Assembly (NCBI RefSeq): GCF_009914755.1
Contig: NC_060941.1
Strand: one strand, 5' to 3'
Length of the DNA stretch: 64,000 nt
DNA from: the human T2T-CHM13v2.0 reference genome, Homo sapiens
The position numbers and the translations under genes are program-made. The notes below the pieces were generated by a model. The model worked only from the letters and a program-made list of their open reading frames with translations. It ran no database searches and had not been told where the DNA came from. Below are positions 57,479-64,000 of the stretch, piece after piece; positions within the stretch are counted from its first letter, which is position 1, and every line of letters starts with the position of its first letter.

Positions 57479-58018
57479 AGCCAGGCACAGTGGCTCATGT
57501 CTGTAACCTGAACACCTTGGAAGGCCAAGGCAGGAGGATCTCCTGAGCCCAGGAGGGTTTTGTTTTGTTTTGTTTCTGAGATACGGTCTTGCTGTGTTGC
57601 CCAGGCTGTAGTGCGGTGGTGCAATCGCGGCTCAGTGCAGCCTCTGCCTCCCTGGTTCAAGAGATTCTTCTGCCTCAGCCTCTGGAGTAGCTGGGATTAC
57701 AGGTGTGTGCCACCATGCCTCGCTAATTTTTGTATTTTCAGTAGAGAAGGGGTTTTGTCATGTTGGCTAGGCTGAGCCCAGGAGTTTGAGACTAGCCTGG
57801 GCAACAGAGCGAGATCCCAGTCTCTACAAAAAAATAAAAAATTTAGCCAAATGTGGAGGCACGTTCTTGTAGCCCCAGCTACTTGGGAGGCTAAGGTGGG
57901 AGGATTGCTTGAGCCCAGGAGTTTGAGGCTGCAGTGAGCCCTGATCACATCACTGCACTTCAGCCTGGGTGACAGGGTGAGACCCTGTCTCAAAAATAAT
58001 AATAATTATTATAATAAA
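57479..58018 (+). mobile_element. AluJ interrupted by an antisense 5'-truncated Alu
   Basis: Left arm 57479-57555 resumes at 57785; J-type GAGGATTGCTTGAGCCCAGGAG. Confidence 0.92.
57556..57771 (-). mobile_element. 5'-truncated Alu nested in AluJ
   Basis: (GTTTT)n tail, right arm and part of the left arm; 13-bp duplication CTGAGCCCAGGAG at 57543-57555 and 57772-57784. Confidence 0.92.
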
Positions 58019-58869
58019 GAAAGAAGGGGCAAAAGCATATATAAATAGATAAGACCTCTATTCCAGAGAGACAAACAAAAAAATCCCGGGAAACAAATTT
58101 CTTGCTACCGCTTCTAACACTATCTGTGATACTGGTAATGTTCAGAGAAATAGGGCTGAGGGATGAGGCATGCCCAGACAGTGTTCTTCCTGCCGTAACT
58201 GGGGAAAAAATCAAATTGAATCATAAACATATGTTCAGTTCCCCTCAGAGCAAAGAGAGCCTTTGGAAAAAGAATACCCAAATAAGCTACTTGAATTCCT
58301 ATGTCCTCTTCTCCCCAATCAGCACTACCATTTAAAACATTTTCTTCTTTTTATGCTGATTTCATTCTGGAGCTTAATTCAATGTAATGTTGTTATTGCT
58401 TACATCATGGGGTTGAATAGGTGGGAGGTAGGGAGAGGAGGTAGGTGTGTAAGTGATGAACTGAAGTGATAAATTGTTTGATTGCTTGGTGAGAGAATGT
58501 TGCCAGTGTATGATAGCTGGAGTACATTAGAGTTAAACAAGGTGATGTGTCATTGCAGTAAAAAAAATCGAACATTTCTGAACCTATTATTACCTATGAT
58601 TGAAGCTTCCTTTATGTAAGTAATATAAGATATATTTCATCATTCCTACAGAAAACTATATTCTTACTTTCAGTGGTTCCTATAACCACCAGATATTCTA
58701 TCTAATAGGACCTGGAAATGAGATTTAAAATATAACATGATACAAAAACTGAAAGGTTTACATAGGGTGATTAAGCTTGAGTTGCATAGAATTTCTTACT
58801 TGTTAGCTCACTGTTATCTTATTACAGGCATATTCAAAATAGGTATAATATTACATAAGTTAGTTGCAG

Positions 58870-59882
58870 ATATACATATATACGTGTATATATATGCATA
58901 CATATATATGTATATCTGCATACATATATACAGACATACATGTATACATATATGTATATCTGTATATATACACATATATGTGTATATACATATGTGTATA
59001 TATGTGTATATACATATATGTGTATATATGTGTATATATGTGTATATACATATATGTGTATATATGTGTATATATGTGTATATACATATATGTGTATATA
59101 TGTGTATATATGTGTATATACATATATGTGTATATATGTGTATATATGTGTATATACATATATGTGTATATATGTGTATATACATATGTGTATATATGTG
59201 TATATATGTGTATATACATATATGTGTATATGTGTGTATATATGTGTATATATGTGTATATACATATATGTGTATATATGTGTATATACATATATGTGTA
59301 TATATGTGTATATATGTGTATATATGTGTATATACATATATGTGTATATATGTGTATATATGTGTATATATGTGTATATACATATATGTGTATATATGTG
59401 TATATATGTGTATATATGTGTATATATGTGTATATACATATATGTGTATATATGTGTATATATGTGTATATACATATATGTGTATATATGTGTATATATG
59501 TGTATATACATATATGTGTATATATGTGTATATATGTGTATATACATATATGTGTATATATGTGTATATATGTGTATATACATATATGTGTATATGTGTA
59601 TATATGTGTATATACATATATGTGTATATATGTGTATATACATATATGTGTATATATGTGTATATACATATATGTGTATGTATATATGTGTATATATGTG
59701 TATATACATGTGTGTATGTATATATGTGTATATATGTGTATATACATATGTGTATGTACACATGTGTATATGTATGTGTACACATATATACACATATATG
59801 TGTATATAATGTGTATATATACACACATAATATAGATACGTGTGTGTGTATATATATATACACACACACACATATATATATA
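58870..59882. repeat. ~1 kb alternating purine-pyrimidine minisatellite (TATATATGTG and TATATACATATATGTG units)
   Basis: Direct reading; source of the six long Y/I/H/C/V/M-rich ORFs. Confidence 0.97.
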
Positions 59883-59914
59883 ATAAATAGAATCATGGTG
59901 TTTCAATCAATATC

Positions 59915-60201
59915 TTTTTTTTTTTTTCTGAGATGGAGTCTCACTCAGTTGCCCAGGCTGGAGTGCAATGGCACCATCTCAGCTCACTGCACCCTCTGCC
60001 TCTCTGGTTCAAGCATTTCTCTGCCTCAGCCTCCCAAATAGCTGGGATTTACAGGTGCTCGCCTAGCTAATTTTTGTATTTTTAGTAGAGATAGGGTTTC
60101 ACTATCTTGGCCAGGCTGGTCTTGAACTCCTGACCTTGTGATCCACCAGCCTCGGCCTCCCAAAGTGCTGGGATTACAGGCATGAGCCACCATGCCTGGC
60201 C
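59915..60201 (-). mobile_element. AluS with a small internal deletion
   Basis: Full dimer lacking the CCACCAC segment near 60060; degenerate TSD TC(A/C)ATCAATA(T/C)CTTT. Confidence 0.93.
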
Positions 60202-60419
60202 TCCATCAATACCTTTAAAGGAACCATATGATTTATTCATAGCATAAGTTTTGAGAGAAATTGGAGGAAAAATAGCTTCAGTGATCACTCCATCACTGTG
60301 CCAAATCTTTTATTTCCTGTGTCATTGCTACTTATAACAATGTAATCATCACCACAGGTTTTATATAGAATGGTGCAACTAGTCAGGGTCTAGGGAGAAT
60401 TTTATCTCGCATCTTCAAT

Positions 60420-60829
60420 TGTAGATGATGGAATTCAGCAACAATAAGAACTTATATTTTTGATGGCATTATGTGTCAAGTGATTTACATCTACATTGCA
60501 TTAAACCTAACAACTGGGCAATGTGGCATAGCGTCCATACATGCCATCTTTGTAAGCATACTGCCTGGGTTTGCCCCTCAGCTCTTGAGCTTGGGCAAGT
60601 CATTTCACCTGCTTGAGACTGTTTCTTCATATGTAAATGTAGATTTAAAAGATAGCACTTACATGTTAGGACTTATATAGACATCAGATAAGTTAATATG
60701 CATAAAGTACCAAGAATGATCTCAAACTTATGATTAACGTGTAGGCAGTCAGTGTGACTCATTATACTATACTCTCTCAATTTGCAGATGAGGAGCCTGA
60801 TGTTTAGCTAGCATAAGTGACTTGTCATG
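60420..60829. mobile_element. MIR fragments
   Basis: ACTGCCTGGGTT...CTTGGGCAAGTCATTTCACC...CATATGTAAATG; TTTGCAGATGAGGAG...AAGTGACTTG. Confidence 0.65.
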
Positions 60830-61197
60830 TGTATTAGTCCTTTCTCACACTGCTATAAATGTGCCACCTGAGACTAGGTAATTTATAAACAAAAGAGCTT
60901 TCATTGACTTACAGTTCTGCATGGCTGGGGAGACCTCTGTAAGCTTACAATTACAGTGGAAGACAAAGGAAAAGAAAAGCACATCTTACATGGCTGCAGG
61001 AGGGAAAAAAGGAGGAAAGGAGAAGTGCTACACTTTATAATCATCAGAACTTGTGAGAACTCCCTCACTATCATGAAAACAGCATGGGGAAAACCACCCC
61101 CATGATCCAATCACCTCCCACCAGGTCCCTCACTCAACATGTGAGGATTACAATTCTAGAGGAGATTTGGGTGGAGATACAAAGCCAAACCATATCA
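60830..61197 (-). mobile_element. MaLR LTR (THE1D/MSTA-like), antisense
   Basis: TGTATTAGTCCTTTCTCACACTGCTATAAA ... AGCCAAACCATATCA. Confidence 0.93.
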
Positions 61198-61200
61198 TTC

Positions 61201-62751
61201 GGAGTTTGGGGCATTTCTCTAAAGATACTTGAAAATGTCTAAGCAACATGGGAACTGGGTAACGGGCAGAGGCTGGAACAGTTTGGAAGGCTCAGAAGAA
61301 GACAGGAAGATGCTGGAAAGTTTGGAACTTCCTGGAGACTTGTTGAATGGTTTTGACCAAAATGCTGATAGTGATATGAATAATGAAGTCCAGGCTGAGG
61401 TGGTCTCAGCTGGAGATGAGGAACGTATTGGGAAGTAGATCAAAGGTCACTTACCCCTTCCCTAGAGATATGTGGAAGTTTCAACTTGAGACAGATGATT
61501 TAGGGTATCTGGGAGAAGAAATTTCTAAGCAGAAAAGCATTCAAGAGGTTACCTGGCTTATTCTGAAAGCATTCAGTTATAGGCGTTCACAAAGAGATGA
61601 TTTGATATTGAAACTTATGTTTAAAAGGAAAGCAGAGCATAAAGGTTTTGAAAATTTGCAGCCTGACCATGTGGTAGAAAATGAAAACCTATTTTCTGGG
61701 GAGGAAATCAAGCCATCAGCTGCAGAAATTTGCATAAGTAACAAGGAGCCAAATGTTAATAGCCAAGACAATGGGGAAAATGTCTCCAAGGCATGTCAGA
61801 GATCTTCACAGCAGCCCCTCCCATCAGGGGCCTGTAGGCTTAGGAGAAAAACAAATGGTTCTGTGGGCCAGGCCCATGGCCCCACTGCCCTGTGCAGCCT
61901 CCAGACTTGGTGTCCTGTGTCCCAGACACTCCAGCTACAGCCATGGCTAAAGGGGGCCAAGGTACAGCTCGGGCCATTGTTTCAGAGGGTGCAAGCCCCA
62001 AGCCTTGGTGTCTTACATGTGGTGTTATGCCTGCAGGTGTGCAGAAGACAAGAGTTGAGCTTTGGGAATCTCTGCTTAGATTTCAGTGGACACATGGAAA
62101 TGCCTAGATGTCCAGGCAGAAGTCTGCTGCAGGGGCCCAGCCCTCATGGAGCACCTCTGCTAGGGCAGTGTGGAAGGGAAATGTGGGGTTGAAGCCCCCA
62201 CACTCAGCTGTGAGAAGAAGGCCACTGCCCTCTAGTCCCCAGAAAGGTAGATACACCAACAGCTTATACCATGCACCTGAAAAAGCCACAGGCACTCAAC
62301 GCCAGCCTGTGAAAGCAGTTTCAGGGCCTGAATCCTGCAGAGTCACAGGGGCAGAGCTGCCCAAGGCCATGGGAGCCCACCCTTTGCATCATTGTGCCCT
62401 GGATGTGAGACACGGAGTCAAAGGAGATGATTTTGGAGCTTTAAGAAATGCCTTGCTAGGTTTTGGACTTGCATGGGGTCCGTGGCCCCTTTGTTTTGGC
62501 CAATTTCTCCCATTTGGAATGGGAACATTTACCTAATACCTGTACCCCCATTGTATCTTGGAAGTAACTAGCTTGCTTTTGATTTTACAGGATCCTAGGC
62601 AGAAGGGACTTGCTTTGTCTCAGATGAAACTTTGGACTTGGTCTTTGGGTTAATGCTAGAATGAGTTGAGACTTTGGGGGACCGTTGTGAAGGCATGATT
62701 TTGTTTTGAAATGCAAGAAGAACATGAGATTTGGGAGGGGCTGGGGTGAAA
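61201..62751 (+). mobile_element. MaLR internal region (THE1/MSTA-int), ~1.55 kb
   Basis: GGAACTGGGTAACGGGCAGAGGCTGGAACAGTTTGGA..CTCAGAAGAAGACAGG near the start; PPT GGGAGGGGCTGGGGTGAAA at the end; ORF 61383-62192 is a decayed MaLR ORF. Confidence 0.95.
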
Positions 62752-63123
62752 GAATATGGTTTTACCTCGTGCCCCCTCCCAAATCTCATCTCTAATTGCA
62801 ATCCCCATGTGTGGAGGGAGAGATGTGGTGGGAGGTGATTCGATCATGGGAGCAGTTTCCCTCATTCTCCTCTCATGATAGTGAGGGAATTCTCACAAGA
62901 ACTGATGGTTTTAAAGTGTGGCACTTCCTCTTTGCTCCTTCTCTCTTTCTCTCCTGCTGCCGTGTGAGATGTACCTTTCCTCCCCTTTGCTTTCCACCAT
63001 GATTGTAAGTTTCCTGAGGCCTCCCCAGCTAAGTGGAGCTGTGAGTTAATGAAACCTCTTTTGTTTACAAATTACTCAGTCTCAAGTAGCATCTTTATAG
63101 CAGTATGAGAATGGACTAATATA
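62752..63123 (+). mobile_element. MaLR 3' LTR (THE1D/MSTA-like), sense
   Basis: ATATGGTTT...CCAAATCTCATC...CCATGATTGTAAGTTTCCTGAGGCCTCCCCAG...GAATGGACTAATATA. Confidence 0.93.
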
Positions 63124-63209
63124 CCTTATGTCACAGAAGTTGTAAATGTATCAGCCTGGACAGACTAAAGCCGGAGCCTTCCCACTTAAATACAACATGA
63201 AAATGCCAA

Positions 63210-63320
63210 TTCAGCATTCTTTTCACAAACATTTACTAGGTAGTGAATATGTGCCAAGCACTATAGTAGGCACCCAAAATGTGAAGATGATTATGGTGTA
63301 TTTCAAAATCTAATGTAGAA
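63210..63320 (-). mobile_element. L2 fragment
   Basis: CATTCTTTTCACAAACATTTACT...TATGTGCCAAGCACT. Confidence 0.6.
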
Positions 63321-64000
63321 AATAACATCTTGGCAGTCACACAGCTCCAAAGTGGATACCAAGTATTTCTCTACTCCCACCTCTCCAGCACCTCCTCTTC
63401 CTTATAATGCTTCTGTCATTACAAAACTCTACTCTGACCATAGGGAGTGAGGGGAGGAACGTAACTATGCAAATCATGATAGAACATGAAACACAGCAAT
63501 ATGTTAACTCAGTTGTGTAAACCATGAAGCCTAAATCTCAATAGGGTTTATCCTGTGATAGTAGGAAGATCTCATCTTTTATACCCAGTTATAAATTTTA
63601 AACTTTAGGAACAAAGACAAGGAATAAGCCCCTATCCCGAGAGTTTAATAACTTACAGCCTTCTAATAAAGCTGTATTGCTTGTGATGTCAACAGTGAAT
63701 TATCTGAACAGAGGCTTGTTAAACAGCATTGTGAAAAGTGTGCATAACTTTGCCAGGTATATACCATCACAGGATGGAAGGAGAAATCCACACAGAAATA
63801 AAAAGACCTGATTTTCTTAATGCATAAATTTATACTCAAGTGGGTGGCAACAAGAGTCTTACTAATTTTAAGTAAGATAGTAACATGTTCAAAGACATGG
63901 AACAGCACTTAGGCAGCAGGATGGAATGGAGGCATAGATGGGTAGAGGTTTGGGCATAGTGTGAATTTGTTTAGGAACAAATTCACAATGGCTCATGCAA

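Noticed and set aside
58737-60041. Six long ORFs (289-434 aa)
   Set aside because: Translations of the RY minisatellite, which cannot contain stop codons; low-complexity, not genes
61383-62192. 269-aa ORF
   Set aside because: Lies wholly within the MaLR internal sequence and appears to drift between frames; a typical decayed THE1/MST ORF

Overview
AT-rich, CpG-depleted primate genomic DNA (AluY and young L1PA copies point to human or ape), intergenic or deep intronic in character. I found no credible cellular protein-coding exon, CpG island, rRNA or tRNA gene; nearly all ORFs in the track come from L1, ERV-L, MaLR, Alu or simple repeats. Main elements: a two-LTR HERV-L provirus (18620-24627, minus strand, CTAGG target-site duplication) lacking protease and most of RT, a 2.6 kb 5'-truncated L1PA, solo THE1/MST/MLT2 LTRs, about 12 Alus, DNA-transposon fossils (MER20, MER58A, Tigger2a) and two ~0.9-1 kb TA/TG expansions. 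I cannot support a novel biological system here. The most unusual signals are structural: a MaLR element with its LTRs inverted relative to each other, an Alu nested antisense in another Alu to give a near-zero-spacer foldback, a 42-bp L1 target-site duplication, a templated repair scar inside L1, a tail-less internal L1 insert, a perfect 23-bp inverted repeat around a microsatellite, a dispersed 65-bp duplication and a candidate 15-nt microexon. Repeat subfamily names are from recalled consensus sequences and should be confirmed with RepeatMasker/Dfam. Boundaries of old, diverged repeats are approximate.
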